Positions 38,327 through 48,125 of a DNA stretch of 64,000 nucleotides are shown here, piece by piece. A program made the translations under genes and the position numbers. The notes under the pieces are model-generated. The model was not told the origin of the DNA and made no database searches. It saw only the letters and a program-made list of their open reading frames with translations. Source of the stretch: Candidatus Bathyarchaeia archaeon. GTDB lineage: Archaea; Thermoproteota; Bathyarchaeia; 40CM-2-53-6. The DNA lies in NCBI GenBank assembly GCA_049517415.1, contig JBEKSC010000001.1:32001-96000 (forward strand). Direction: 5' to 3'. Within the stretch, counting starts at the first letter, position 1. Each line of letters starts with the position of its first letter.

Positions 38327-39783
38327 AAACCGTCACAATCAACCCTGTTACAAGGCTTGAGGGACACGGGAAGATCTCAATCTTCCTTAACGATGAGGGA
38401 AATGTCGAGAACGCCTACTTCCAAGTCCCCGAACTCAGGGGTTTCGAGAAGTTCTGCGAGGGTAGGCCTGTCGAAGAAATGCCCGACATAACCAGCAGAA
38501 TTTGCGGCGTCTGCCCAGAAGCACACCACATAGCCTCCACCAAAGCCCTAGACCAAGTGTTCCATGTAGAACCACCACCAGCCGCGAAGAAACTCAGAGA
38601 ACTCCTATACAGCGCCTTCTTCATAGCCGATCACATAACCCACTTCTACATACTCGCCGGCCCCGACTTCGTGATGGGACCAAGTGCGCCGAAAGCAGAG
38701 CGAAATATTCTCGGCGTAATACGGAAAGTCGGGTTAGAAGTCGGTAGCTCAGTCATCAAACACCGCTCGGACGCACTCGACGTCATTGCGATGATAGGTG
38801 GAAAGAGGATCCACCCAAGCTGCGGCGTCCCCGGTGGGGTCAGCAAACCCATTACGGAAGACGAGAGAGCCAGAATCGAATCGATCGCAAAATCCGAAGT
38901 TGAATTCGCAAAGTTCACAATGAAACTGTTCGACGACATAGTTCTGAAGAACAAAGATTACGTTGACCTCATTACAAGCGACAATTACGCAACAGAAACA
39001 TATTGCATGGGTACGGTCGACGAACAGAACCACGTAAACTTCTACGATGGAAAGATCAGGGTTGTGGATCCGGAAGGCCACGAGTTTGCAAAGTTTCCAG
39101 CAGCCGACTACCAGCAGTACATCTCGGAGCATGTGGAACCGTGGACCTACCTCAAATTCCCCTACCTCAAGAAGATCGGATGGAAAGGGCTGGTAGGAGG
39201 CAAGGATAGTGGCGTTTACAAAGCGACCCCACTCGCCCGCCTCAACGTATCGGAAGGGATGGCTACTCCAACAGCACAAGCAGAATACAAGAGGTTGTAC
39301 GAGACATTAGGCCAGAAGCCAGTTCACTCAACTTTGGCTACGCATTGGGCTCGCCTGGTCGAACTTGTATACGCTTCGGAGCGCCTGGTACAACTTAGCC
39401 AAGACCCCGACATCACAAACCCGAACGTTCGAAACATCCCGACCCAAACACCAGATGAAGGTGTGGGAGCGGTCGAAGCGCCCCGCGGAACACTCTTCCA
39501 CCACTACAAGACGGATGCGAAAGGCATGGTGAAGAACGTGAACCTCATAGTGGCAACGACCAACAACCATGCGGCAATCAGCATGTCGATTAAGCAAGCC
39601 GCTGAGGGATTCATCAAGAAAGGGGAAGTATCCGACGGGATTCTGAACATGGTCGAGATGGCCTTCAGGGCTTACGACCCATGCTACGCCTGCGCAACCC
39701 ACACCCTACCAGGCCAGATGCCCCTCGACATTAACATCTACAACAAAAACAGGGCAATCCTTCACAACATACGAAGGCCGTAG
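38323..39783 (+). CDS. mvhA: [NiFe] hydrogenase large subunit (group 3c, Mvh)
   Basis: TRLEGH, L1 RICGVC, EAPRG, and L2 DPCYACATH followed by a C-terminal extension. Confidence 0.95.
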   Translation: MKTVTINPVTRLEGHGKISIFLNDEGNVENAYFQVPELRGFEKFCEGRPVEEMPDITSRICGVCPEAHHIASTKALDQVFHVEPPPAAKKLRELLYSAFFIADHITHFYILAGPDFVMGPSAPKAERNILGVIRKVGLEVGSSVIKHRSDALDVIAMIGGKRIHPSCGVPGGVSKPITEDERARIESIAKSEVEFAKFTMKLFDDIVLKNKDYVDLITSDNYATETYCMGTVDEQNHVNFYDGKIRVVDPEGHEFAKFPAADYQQYISEHVEPWTYLKFPYLKKIGWKGLVGGKDSGVYKATPLARLNVSEGMATPTAQAEYKRLYETLGQKPVHSTLATHWARLVELVYASERLVQLSQDPDITNPNVRNIPTQTPDEGVGAVEAPRGTLFHHYKTDAKGMVKNVNLIVATTNNHAAISMSIKQAAEGFIKKGEVSDGILNMVEMAFRAYDPCYACATHTLPGQMPLDINIYNKNRAILHNIRRP

Positions 39784-39791
39784 AATCGTTC

Positions 39792-40280
39792 ATGAGACCG
39801 GGGCTGAGCCATACGACCATTTTGCTTGTAGGCCTCGGTAACCCCATAATGGGTGACGATGCAGTAGGAATTCATGTAGTGAGAATACTAAAGGATAGGA
39901 ATCGCGGACGAGAAGATTTGGAGTTCAAGGAATTGAGCCTCGGCGGCCTTGGACTGGTTGAAGAGATATTGGGCTATGAACGCGTTTTCATTATAGACTC
40001 AGTTGCTTCAACCGGGACGGTTGGCAAGATCTGTGAATTCTCGCCAGAGCATTTCAAAGGCACAGAATACGCATCGTCCCCGCATTCCACGAATTTTGCC
40101 ACAGCCCTAGAACTTTTCAAGAGATTCGAAAACAGTGCGGTTCCCCATACGATTAGAATCTTCACAATCGACATCAACCCTGAATTTACTTTCCGCGAGG
40201 CCCTTAGCCCGCCTGTACAGAGAGCAGCCTTTGAATTAGCTGAGTTAGTTGGAAACGAAATAGACCAGATTCGAAATTGA
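39792..40280 (+). CDS. Hydrogenase maturation protease
   Basis: GLGNPIMGDDAVG, IIDS and SPH motifs; directly follows mvhA. Confidence 0.92.
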   Translation: MRPGLSHTTILLVGLGNPIMGDDAVGIHVVRILKDRNRGREDLEFKELSLGGLGLVEEILGYERVFIIDSVASTGTVGKICEFSPEHFKGTEYASSPHSTNFATALELFKRFENSAVPHTIRIFTIDINPEFTFREALSPPVQRAAFELAELVGNEIDQIRN

Positions 40281-40376
40281 ATAGGTCCATCTGCCACCTC
40301 AAACACAAATACTAGTTCTTAGGCATGAAGAAAACCGCCCCTTCAACCATGACGCTCGCGGGGCAGGTAATAGTGA

Positions 40377-41297
40377 ATGCGAAGACTTACGAAATATGAA
40401 CAGAATCCCATCATCGCCCCTAGAAGCAACGTGGGATGGGAGACGACTGGAACTTTCAACCCTGGGGCAATTCTCGAAGATGGCTCTATTCACCTTCTCT
40501 ACCGAGCCGTGGATGCTCATGGGGTTTCCCGGTTAGGATATGCGCGGACGCTTGACGGGAGAACAATGGAATCGCGCTCCTCGGAACCGGTACTGACTTC
40601 TTCCGGTGACTGGGAGGAGTTCGGATGCGAGGACCCACGCATAACACGTTTCGACGGGACCTTCTACGTCACCTACACTGCCTTCTCCCAAAAAGGCCCA
40701 CGCATAGCGCTTGCTTCGACGAAAGATTTCTTGCATTTCGAAAGGTACGGTTTGGTTGGGCCCGACCGCAATGACAAGGACTGCGTGATTTTTCCGGAGC
40801 GGATTGACGGAAAAGTTGCTATTCTGCACCGGCTTGAGTCAAAGGTTCAGATTGCCTACTTTGACAGCGTCGAATCACTTGCGAAGTCGCGGAGCTTCTG
40901 GACCAAGTACTTGCCGCACTTTGGAGACTATGAGATTCTGAGAGCGAAGTTTCCATGGGAGAAAAGAAAAGTCGGAGTTGGCACGCCGCCTATCAAAACT
41001 GAGCGAGGATGGTTGGTGATTTACCACGGCGTCAGCCTCGACCGTGTCTACCGTGCCGGGGCCCTGTTGCTTGATTTAGATGACCCGAAGAAAGTGATTG
41101 CCCGTACTAGGTCACCAATCCTTGAACCTGAAACGGATTTTGAGAAGAGCGGTTTTGTTTCGAACGTTGTGTTTCCAGATGGGGCTGTGGTTCTTGATGG
41201 AGAATTGCTGACCTATTATGGCGGAGCCGACAGAGTCTGTTGTGTTGCGAGTTGTCCGCTAGATGAATTCCTTGACGAACTGGAAAAGGAGAAATGA
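40377..41297 (+). CDS. GH130-family glycosidase/glycoside phosphorylase
   Basis: FNPGA, LLYRA, GCEDPRIT, NDKD, HR, WLVIYHG, NVVFP and YYGGAD motifs. Confidence 0.88.
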   Translation: MRRLTKYEQNPIIAPRSNVGWETTGTFNPGAILEDGSIHLLYRAVDAHGVSRLGYARTLDGRTMESRSSEPVLTSSGDWEEFGCEDPRITRFDGTFYVTYTAFSQKGPRIALASTKDFLHFERYGLVGPDRNDKDCVIFPERIDGKVAILHRLESKVQIAYFDSVESLAKSRSFWTKYLPHFGDYEILRAKFPWEKRKVGVGTPPIKTERGWLVIYHGVSLDRVYRAGALLLDLDDPKKVIARTRSPILEPETDFEKSGFVSNVVFPDGAVVLDGELLTYYGGADRVCCVASCPLDEFLDELEKEK

Positions 41298-41312
41298 ACC
41301 TCAGCCGAGAGC

Positions 41313-42353
41313 CTATCCCTTTGTGACGCATTCCAGGAAGGTTGCGGTGGCAAGCAAAAGGGAAATTGTGGACTCGGATCCCTGATTCTCATTCAAACCA
41401 ACCTCCGTTATACCGTCATGACTAGCTCCTGTCGCCTCATCGTAGACGTTGACAGATTTGGTGTTGAGACCAAAGAACCATCCCAGCGCTTCACGCAAAG
41501 CCCTCTCGTAAACTTCGGAGCCAGTGATCTTGTAGCCTATTGCTGCAGCCTCGACCATAGTTCCTGCCTCAAGGGGTTGCTGATCGTAGAGAGCTCTCTC
41601 CTTACCCCTAGCGTACCAGCCCATACTTCCGATGGGCACGAATTTTCCTTCAATTGTGGTTTGTTCTTGCAGGAATCGAAATGTTTCCTGGGCAACTTTG
41701 AGGTATTCATCTGCGCCTAATGAGTGATAGGCCGAGAGCAAAGCCTGGGGCAGTCGCGCGTTATCATAGGATATGATGTTCTCGAACCATTTCCAGTCTG
41801 GCCCATGGTTGGCGTTGTACAAGTCGACTAGGCTGTCGGCCAACGACGCAATGTTGACTCTTAGATTGGGGTCCTTAGCGTCGACTTGGAATCGCTCGCA
41901 AAGGCCTAGGCAAGCATAGGCCATCGTTCGTGGTGAAGACGACTCCCTTGCCCAGGGAAGTGCTCGATCAAATATGACTCGAGCGGGAGCCTTCAATCCA
42001 TTAGGCAGATCCGAATTAATGACTGAACCAGCTGCCCAGATGGCCCGGCCCAGATGGTCTCCGACCGTCGGATTGTCGATGATTCTTAGGGAGTAATCCA
42101 TGAGGTTGTGGAACTTGCCGTCTTCGGCTTGCATGAGAAGTAGAAAGCTGATCAGTTTGCGTTGTAGCTTTGAAAGGGGTTGAGTGGGCCAGTAAGCTTT
42201 TGCCTTAACTGCGAATACTAGGGCGCGGGCGTTGTCATCGACTGTATACCCCTCTTTTCTTGCGGGAACGGAGAACTTTGCGTGTTGCAGAACCGCATTG
42301 TGGTCCGTTATCGCGAAGAGGTGGTCAAGCTTCACTGATTGCCGCAGTTTCAT
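41313..42353 (-). CDS. (alpha/alpha)6 glycosidase-like protein usually fused or linked to GT4 (start uncertain, 42335-42398)
   Basis: LQHA, GYTVDDNARAL, WFE..SYDNA, DQQPLEA and NENQGSES motifs. Confidence 0.75.
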   Translation of the reverse strand: MKLRQSVKLDHLFAITDHNAVLQHAKFSVPARKEGYTVDDNARALVFAVKAKAYWPTQPLSKLQRKLISFLLLMQAEDGKFHNLMDYSLRIIDNPTVGDHLGRAIWAAGSVINSDLPNGLKAPARVIFDRALPWARESSSPRTMAYACLGLCERFQVDAKDPNLRVNIASLADSLVDLYNANHGPDWKWFENIISYDNARLPQALLSAYHSLGADEYLKVAQETFRFLQEQTTIEGKFVPIGSMGWYARGKERALYDQQPLEAGTMVEAAAIGYKITGSEVYERALREALGWFFGLNTKSVNVYDEATGASHDGITEVGLNENQGSESTISLLLATATFLECVTKG

Positions 42354-43512
42354 CGATAGTTCTTGGAATTCCGATTGCAGATCTGAGTATGTCACCATAT
42401 TGATCAGCTACCTTTGTCCAGCCCATTTCTTGACCGTAGTTGAATGCGTTCGTTTCTAGTTGCCGCCTTAGTTTAACGTCGCTTAATATTCGTTCGACGC
42501 ATTCGGCGATTGAACGTCCGTCGGCGAACTTGCAGAAGAGCCCTCTATTGTTTGATAGCTCCTCTTTTGCGAATAGGGATGGTGTTGCAACAATTGCCCT
42601 GCCATGTCCAAGCGCAAGCGTAATCGTCCCACTGGAAACCTGATCCTTGCCAAGGTATGGTGCCACGAAAATGTCCATTGCTTGAAGGTAAAGGGACAGC
42701 TCGTCGTCGCGTAAGTATTGGTCTACGAAGTGAACATTGTTTTCGAGGTGTAGCCGTTTCGTAAGTGATGTTAGTTTCTCGCGGTAAGCTTCGCCTTCAT
42801 GCCTTCGCACCTCAGGGTGCGTTTCGCCTATCACCATGTACAGCAGCTCAGGCCTTTCCTTAACTAGGTAAGAGAGTGATTTGATTGCATACTCTAGGCC
42901 TTTCCCAGAGCTGATTAAACCGAACGTCGCGAGCACCGTGCGTTTCTCCAGCCCAAGAAATCGTTTTGCGTATTCGTTGTGCCCGCGCTCTGGGAGGGCA
43001 GCCCCGTGACGTACCACGCTAATTCTTTCAGCGTTGACCCCAAACCGCTTCTCGAGAAGCTTCGCAGCCGAGTCAATTGTTACGATAACGGTTTCGCTCA
43101 GTCCTGCGATTTCAGACATGATTCTGCGAGCTTTGTCAGGCGGGTTTCGAAGGACCGTATGAAAGGTCGTTATAATGGGTTTCTGGAGAGTCTTGTAGAG
43201 ATCGAGGACATATTCCCCCCAGTCTCCTCCGTAGATGCCGTATTCGTGCTGGACATTCACCACGTCAACTTCGCTCCGATTCAGGAAATCTGCGGCGGCG
43301 AAGTAGTCTTCGTTCGCATGCTGGTCAATAGTGAACCTAACATTCGGATCCGAATACCGGTTCCCACCCTCCTCATTAATTGCAACAATGAGATAGCGGG
43401 CAATTCGGCCACGCATTAGTAGAGCCCTCGCGAGGTCTCGAGTATATGTTGCTATGCCGCACGCCCGGGGAGGGTATGTGCTAACGTACCCGACTTGCGG
43501 TTGAAGATCCAA
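42325..43512 (-). CDS. Glycosyltransferase family 4
   Basis: STYPPRACGIATYT, QHEYGIYGG, FGLISSGKGLE, GETHP and SSGT motifs. Confidence 0.9.
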   Translation of the reverse strand: MDLQPQVGYVSTYPPRACGIATYTRDLARALLMRGRIARYLIVAINEEGGNRYSDPNVRFTIDQHANEDYFAAADFLNRSEVDVVNVQHEYGIYGGDWGEYVLDLYKTLQKPIITTFHTVLRNPPDKARRIMSEIAGLSETVIVTIDSAAKLLEKRFGVNAERISVVRHGAALPERGHNEYAKRFLGLEKRTVLATFGLISSGKGLEYAIKSLSYLVKERPELLYMVIGETHPEVRRHEGEAYREKLTSLTKRLHLENNVHFVDQYLRDDELSLYLQAMDIFVAPYLGKDQVSSGTITLALGHGRAIVATPSLFAKEELSNNRGLFCKFADGRSIAECVERILSDVKLRRQLETNAFNYGQEMGWTKVADQYGDILRSAIGIPRTIDETAAISEA

Positions 43513-43901
43513 GAGGCTCCATCCTGTTCCAATTTCAGTCCACGACTTCCACCGAACGCTTAGCCCGTTGACCAGCTAGTCGGGCCGAGTACAACGAAAG
43601 GCGTAACCGTCAAGTAATACTCGCCCTAGCGCTAAAAACGCTACGCTTTCAACGAGCACCTCCTTCGTTTAAGAGCTAGAGCAAATGCCTCTGGTTTACG
43701 CCTGCATAGAAGCAGTAGAAGCAGATGACTATGCTCGCGGGAGCTATTGATAGGTTTGGTATGAAAGCCGACGTGATCTCTTACGATGTTGCTACGTACT
43801 TCGGTATGATATGCGCGAGCTTCCGATGAGTTTAGTGGAACGCTGAATTGTTACCCGAGTCCAGTAAATGATGTGACGAGTGGCACTTCCATTCGCTAGG
43901 C

Positions 43902-45188
43902 TCAAACCTTAGGGCGTAGGTCGATTACGCGGCGGGCCTTGCCGACTTCTGACCGTGGGAGCGTCCCTAACTCAACGAGTTCCACGTCAGCGCGAATCGC
44001 CAGGACCGCGAAGAGATCTTCCTGAATCCTCTTTGGCAAGTTCGGATCCTTCAGCATGTCCGTAGGTGCTTCAACCTTAACGGTCAACCGGTCCAGTTCC
44101 TTATGCGTGACAATTATCTGATATTGATCTCCAAGGCCGGGAATGTTCATTAAAACATGCTCGATTTGGCTTGGAAAAACGTTCACGCCGCCCACGATGA
44201 GCATGTCGTCACTCCGCCCTTTTATTCGCGCGATGCGACTGTGGTATCTGCCGCATGCGCACTCCTCTTCGTACACGGTTGAGAGGTCCCTTGAACGGTA
44301 GCGGAGGAATGGCATCGCCTCCCGGGAAAGCATTGTGAAGACGAGTTCGCCTTCTTTGCCCGGTTCCAAAACCTCACCGGTGTCAGGGTTGATAGTTTCT
44401 ACGAGAAATTCATCGCCCCAGATGTGGAGGCCGTTTCTTTGCTCGCACTCGATTCCAACCCCCGGACCATAAAGCTCGGACATACCGTAGATATCATGCG
44501 CCCGGAGACCGAAGCCATCCTCAATCCGCTTCCGAGTCTCTTCACTCCAAGGTTCAGCCCCGAAGACCCCCACTCTCAGAGCGAAATCGGTTCTCGGCTC
44601 ATAACCCTCAGCCCGACTTGCTTCAACCAAGTATACCATGTAAGAGGGTGTACTCGTGACCACGGTGCTTCGTAGGTCCTTCATGAGCATCAGTTGACGC
44701 TTTGTGTTTCCGACGCTCGTTGGTAGGATTGTGGCCCCTATGGCCCTAGCGCCGTAATGGATACCCAGCCCACCGGTGAAAAGGCCGTATCCGTACATGT
44801 TTTGAACGATGTCGCCCTTCCTAACTCCGGCAGTATCAAGAGTCCTGCCCATTAACGTCCCCCAACGTTCCAAATCATGTCGAGTGTAGGCTACGACTAT
44901 CGGTTTTCCGGTTGTACCAGATGAGGCGTGGAGACAGTAAACGCGATTTTGAGGAACGGCAAGAATACCGAGTGGATAATTATCTCGCAAATCTGTCTTA
45001 ACCGTGAAAGGTACCTTCGGTAGATCGTTGAGGCTTTTGATGGATTCGGGTTTCACTCCGGCTTCGTCGAAGCGTTTGCGGTATAACGGTACATTCCTGT
45101 AGGCGTAGCGAACGATTTTGCGCAGTTGGGTTTCCTGTAAGCGTCTTAGTTGTTTTGACTTGAGCGTTTGGCCGAGCCGATCAAACAG
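43902..45188 (-). CDS. paaK: Phenylacetate--CoA ligase
   Basis: HASSGTTGKP, YGLFTGGLG, GAEPWS, DIYGMSE and GRSDDM motifs. PaaK-like sequence continues upstream of the GTG at 45056 to about CTG 45188. Confidence 0.92.
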   Translation of the reverse strand: MFDRLGQTLKSKQLRRLQETQLRKIVRYAYRNVPLYRKRFDEAGVKPESIKSLNDLPKVPFTVKTDLRDNYPLGILAVPQNRVYCLHASSGTTGKPIVVAYTRHDLERWGTLMGRTLDTAGVRKGDIVQNMYGYGLFTGGLGIHYGARAIGATILPTSVGNTKRQLMLMKDLRSTVVTSTPSYMVYLVEASRAEGYEPRTDFALRVGVFGAEPWSEETRKRIEDGFGLRAHDIYGMSELYGPGVGIECEQRNGLHIWGDEFLVETINPDTGEVLEPGKEGELVFTMLSREAMPFLRYRSRDLSTVYEEECACGRYHSRIARIKGRSDDMLIVGGVNVFPSQIEHVLMNIPGLGDQYQIIVTHKELDRLTVKVEAPTDMLKDPNLPKRIQEDLFAVLAIRADVELVELGTLPRSEVGKARRVIDLRPKV

Positions 45189-45317
45189 AAGAATTACGCT
45201 CCCGAGCTTTCAATTTTGTTCAGTGATAATTGGCTTGGGCCCTCTGTATGCCAATCATGATAAACAACCACAAGCCATTTCCTCAATCCCGCGGGTTGGC
45301 CCGCGGCGAAAAACATC

Positions 45318-46373
45318 ATGATGGCGAAACCACAGCTGTTCGGTAACCTAGTAACGCAAGTAGTTCGACCTAATTTATGCTCTTTCTGCGGGGCCTGCAT
45401 GGCCTCATGCCCAGTGGGAGTACTTTGGCCAGTTGGGGAACAACCAACACTCATCGGCCAGTGTGCCCTGTGCGAAGTCTGCTACTACCAGTGCCCTACC
45501 GTCGAGTTTCCGAAGGCTGACGTCGAAGTCTTCCTCCACGGCCGAACAAGACGCGCCGATGAACCCCTCGGAATAAGTCGAGGAACATTCGTTGGCCGCG
45601 CAGTAAGCAAAGATGCTCAAGTGGTTGCGCAGGACGGCGGGGTGGTTACAGCCCTCCTTAGTTACGCGCTGGACAAGAAGTTGATTGATGCAGCCGTGGT
45701 TGCGGGAAGAGATACGAATTGGAGAGCGAAGCCTGTGGTCGCGACGAAGAGCGAGGATATCGTGAAGAACGCTGGGACGAAGTACACGCCCAGCCCGACG
45801 CTTCTTGGCGTCCGATCAGCGGTTGAAGAGTACGCTAAGACTAAGGTTGGCCTGGTCGGAACACCGTGCCAGATGAGAGCGGTGAGGAGGATTCAGACAT
45901 CACCCTTGGGCAACCGACGTTTGGCCCAGGCCATGGAGCTGAGTATAGGCTTGTTCTGTATGGAGGCTTACGGTTACGATAAGCTGGTGGAAACGTACAT
46001 GGCCAGCAAAGGCATCGACCCTTCCACCATCACACGCACGGAGATCAAGAAGGGATCCTTCATCGCCAAATCGGGGGACAAGGAACTCTTGCATGTACCG
46101 CTTCGTGACGTTGATGCGTTCGTGCGGCAGAGTTGCAAGCAATGCGAAGATTTCACCGCCGAATACGCAGACATCTCAGTGGGCGGTATAGGATGCCCAA
46201 CAGGTTATTCCACAGTGATTGCGCGGACAGAGAAGGGTCTCGACATTCTAAGGCAAGCTGAGAAGGCGGGTTACGTGGAGCTGCGTGAACTGAAACCGGA
46301 AGAGAAAGGGTACCAGAAAGTAGTGAACATGGCGCAGGCGAAACACGCCAGAAAAGCCACACAAAACAACTAA
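45318..46373 (+). CDS. Coenzyme F420 hydrogenase/dehydrogenase beta subunit (FrhB-like) with N-terminal ferredoxin
   Basis: CSFCGACMASCP, CALCEVCYYQCP, QDGGVVT, GTKY, GTPCQ, GLFC and DISVG. Confidence 0.9.
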   Translation: MMAKPQLFGNLVTQVVRPNLCSFCGACMASCPVGVLWPVGEQPTLIGQCALCEVCYYQCPTVEFPKADVEVFLHGRTRRADEPLGISRGTFVGRAVSKDAQVVAQDGGVVTALLSYALDKKLIDAAVVAGRDTNWRAKPVVATKSEDIVKNAGTKYTPSPTLLGVRSAVEEYAKTKVGLVGTPCQMRAVRRIQTSPLGNRRLAQAMELSIGLFCMEAYGYDKLVETYMASKGIDPSTITRTEIKKGSFIAKSGDKELLHVPLRDVDAFVRQSCKQCEDFTAEYADISVGGIGCPTGYSTVIARTEKGLDILRQAEKAGYVELRELKPEEKGYQKVVNMAQAKHARKATQNN

Positions 46374-46444
46374 GCGCCGCTTCCTTCAACACCCAATGTT
46401 AGAGTGCGCCACACCCTAGTTTACTCGCGCGCACGCTTGGAGGG

Positions 46445-46460
46445 ACCCCCCTAGGGGGGT
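46445..46460. repeat. Perfect 16-bp palindrome
   Basis: ACCCCCCTAGGGGGGT between convergent genes. Confidence 0.6.
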
Positions 46461-46886
46461 GGGTCATTTTTAGGGGTCCAGACGGGCTGATTTTGGGTTC
46501 TTTTCTGCCTGAAGTGGAGTGCCGGATGGTTACACCCACCCATCGAGTGGATACATCTCCGAATATCTTGGCGTCAGAATCCCCTCCCACGCTCCATGTT
46601 GAAACTCCTAGAACTATTCCTCCAGCAATCGCAGCAAAGATTGTGGAACATCATGACCAAGATAGCGAGCAAAGCGATAGTCTGTCGGTGAAATGAACGT
46701 CGAAACAGGATTGCTGAGATGATGCTTGCCGTGACGAACCGCACTGTAAGGAACAAGGATGATAAACGGCCTATCACAACCCAGGTCAGGATCACGAATC
46801 CCGGACTCAAGTAGATCATTCGCTCCCCGTTCCATCAGAACTATCTCAGGACCAGTTACGGATTATTCTGTTCAAAGTGGTCCTGC

Positions 46887-48125
46887 TCACTCATACTTTA
46901 GAGCGACAACTGCATTCATTCTTGAGGCTCGTCGCGCTGGGTACAATCCTGCTAACACCGAAATCGCGATTGGGAAAAGTAACGAGAATAGGATCAGGTC
47001 GGTTGTGAAGACAGGCTCCGTAGTTGTGCCGCTGCTCATCGGGCCACCCCCCATCGGCATCATGCCTCCCATTAGGAAAGATAGGAGGTAGCCGAGAACC
47101 GTGCCCAGAACTCCACCTATTGCTCCTGTAACGACCGATTCAGACAGAAAGATGCTCAGTATCTGGCCGCTCTGATACCCGAGAGCTTTGAGCACACCGA
47201 TTTCGCGTGTTCGCTCCATCACGGAGACGAACATTGTGTTCGTGATACCAACGGCCGCAACGAATAACGAGACACCTCCGATAGCTCCGAGGAAAACAGT
47301 CATCTGTGATGACACTGATTCAATACTCGATACCATTGAGCCCGCGTTCATCACGCGCACGTTGCTTCCGTACTGACTTTCGATTGCTGCCTGAACAGTA
47401 GAGACTTCACTCGCCGAGGAGGTTATTACGAAAAACCCCGAGTAATATGGAGTCTTCAAGAATAGCTGTGCTGCTTGCATACTGATGAATATGGTATCGT
47501 CAATGTTCGAGAAGAGCACACGGCCATAGGGGATTAGGATTCCCTTAACTAAGAACGCTAGGCTGCTGCTGGTAGTGCTGCCGCCTCCGGATAGCGCCAC
47601 TGAAACCATCTGATTGACCCCTATCTGAATACTAGAACCCGTCGGAGAAGCTATGTCACTACCAATAGCTGCCGCAGTCGGATCATTCTGGCTAGGATAT
47701 GCGCCTTCGGAGAGTGCAATCCCCTTGTACAGGTCGGAGAGTTTGTTTAGATCAATGCCTTCTATTTCTCCCTCAATTGTGGTTCCACCGACCGAAATTG
47801 TCGCCATCTTGTTGTAGTACGGAATGACCTCTGACACGCCAGCGATCGCTGCCAATGTACTGACGTCGGATTGGGATAGCTGGTATTGTGTCCCGCTCCC
47901 GCTGCTCACGAAGCTCATTGCAGAATTCACAACCAACGTGTTAGCTCCGATCTTGCCCATTGACGCAGATACTCCTGCGCTAAGCCCGTTTGAACTTGCG
48001 ATGAGCGCTACGATGATTGCGGTACCGACCATGATTCCTACGATTGTCAATGCGCTTCTGATCTTTCTATCCCAGAGAGCTTTGACAGCGAGCCCAAAAA
48101 CGTCAGAGAGAAACATTCCAATCAC
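46887..48125 (-). CDS. ABC transporter permease, MacB/FtsX family
   Basis: RSALTIVGIMVG, GITNTMFVSVMERTREIGVLKALG and GLYPARRAS..ALKYE. Confidence 0.93.
   Translation of the reverse strand: MIGMFLSDVFGLAVKALWDRKIRSALTIVGIMVGTAIIVALIASSNGLSAGVSASMGKIGANTLVVNSAMSFVSSGSGTQYQLSQSDVSTLAAIAGVSEVIPYYNKMATISVGGTTIEGEIEGIDLNKLSDLYKGIALSEGAYPSQNDPTAAAIGSDIASPTGSSIQIGVNQMVSVALSGGGSTTSSSLAFLVKGILIPYGRVLFSNIDDTIFISMQAAQLFLKTPYYSGFFVITSSASEVSTVQAAIESQYGSNVRVMNAGSMVSSIESVSSQMTVFLGAIGGVSLFVAAVGITNTMFVSVMERTREIGVLKALGYQSGQILSIFLSESVVTGAIGGVLGTVLGYLLSFLMGGMMPMGGGPMSSGTTTEPVFTTDLILFSLLFPIAISVLAGLYPARRASRMNAVVALKYE

Noticed and set aside
34972..39783. Selenocysteine in HdrA/MvhD/MvhA
   Set aside because: All ORFs are uninterrupted, with Cys at the relevant motifs (GCHPGDC, DPCYAC).
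46441..46480. G-string region as replication origin (ORB)
   Set aside because: No repeated ORB consensus and no cdc6/orc1 gene nearby.
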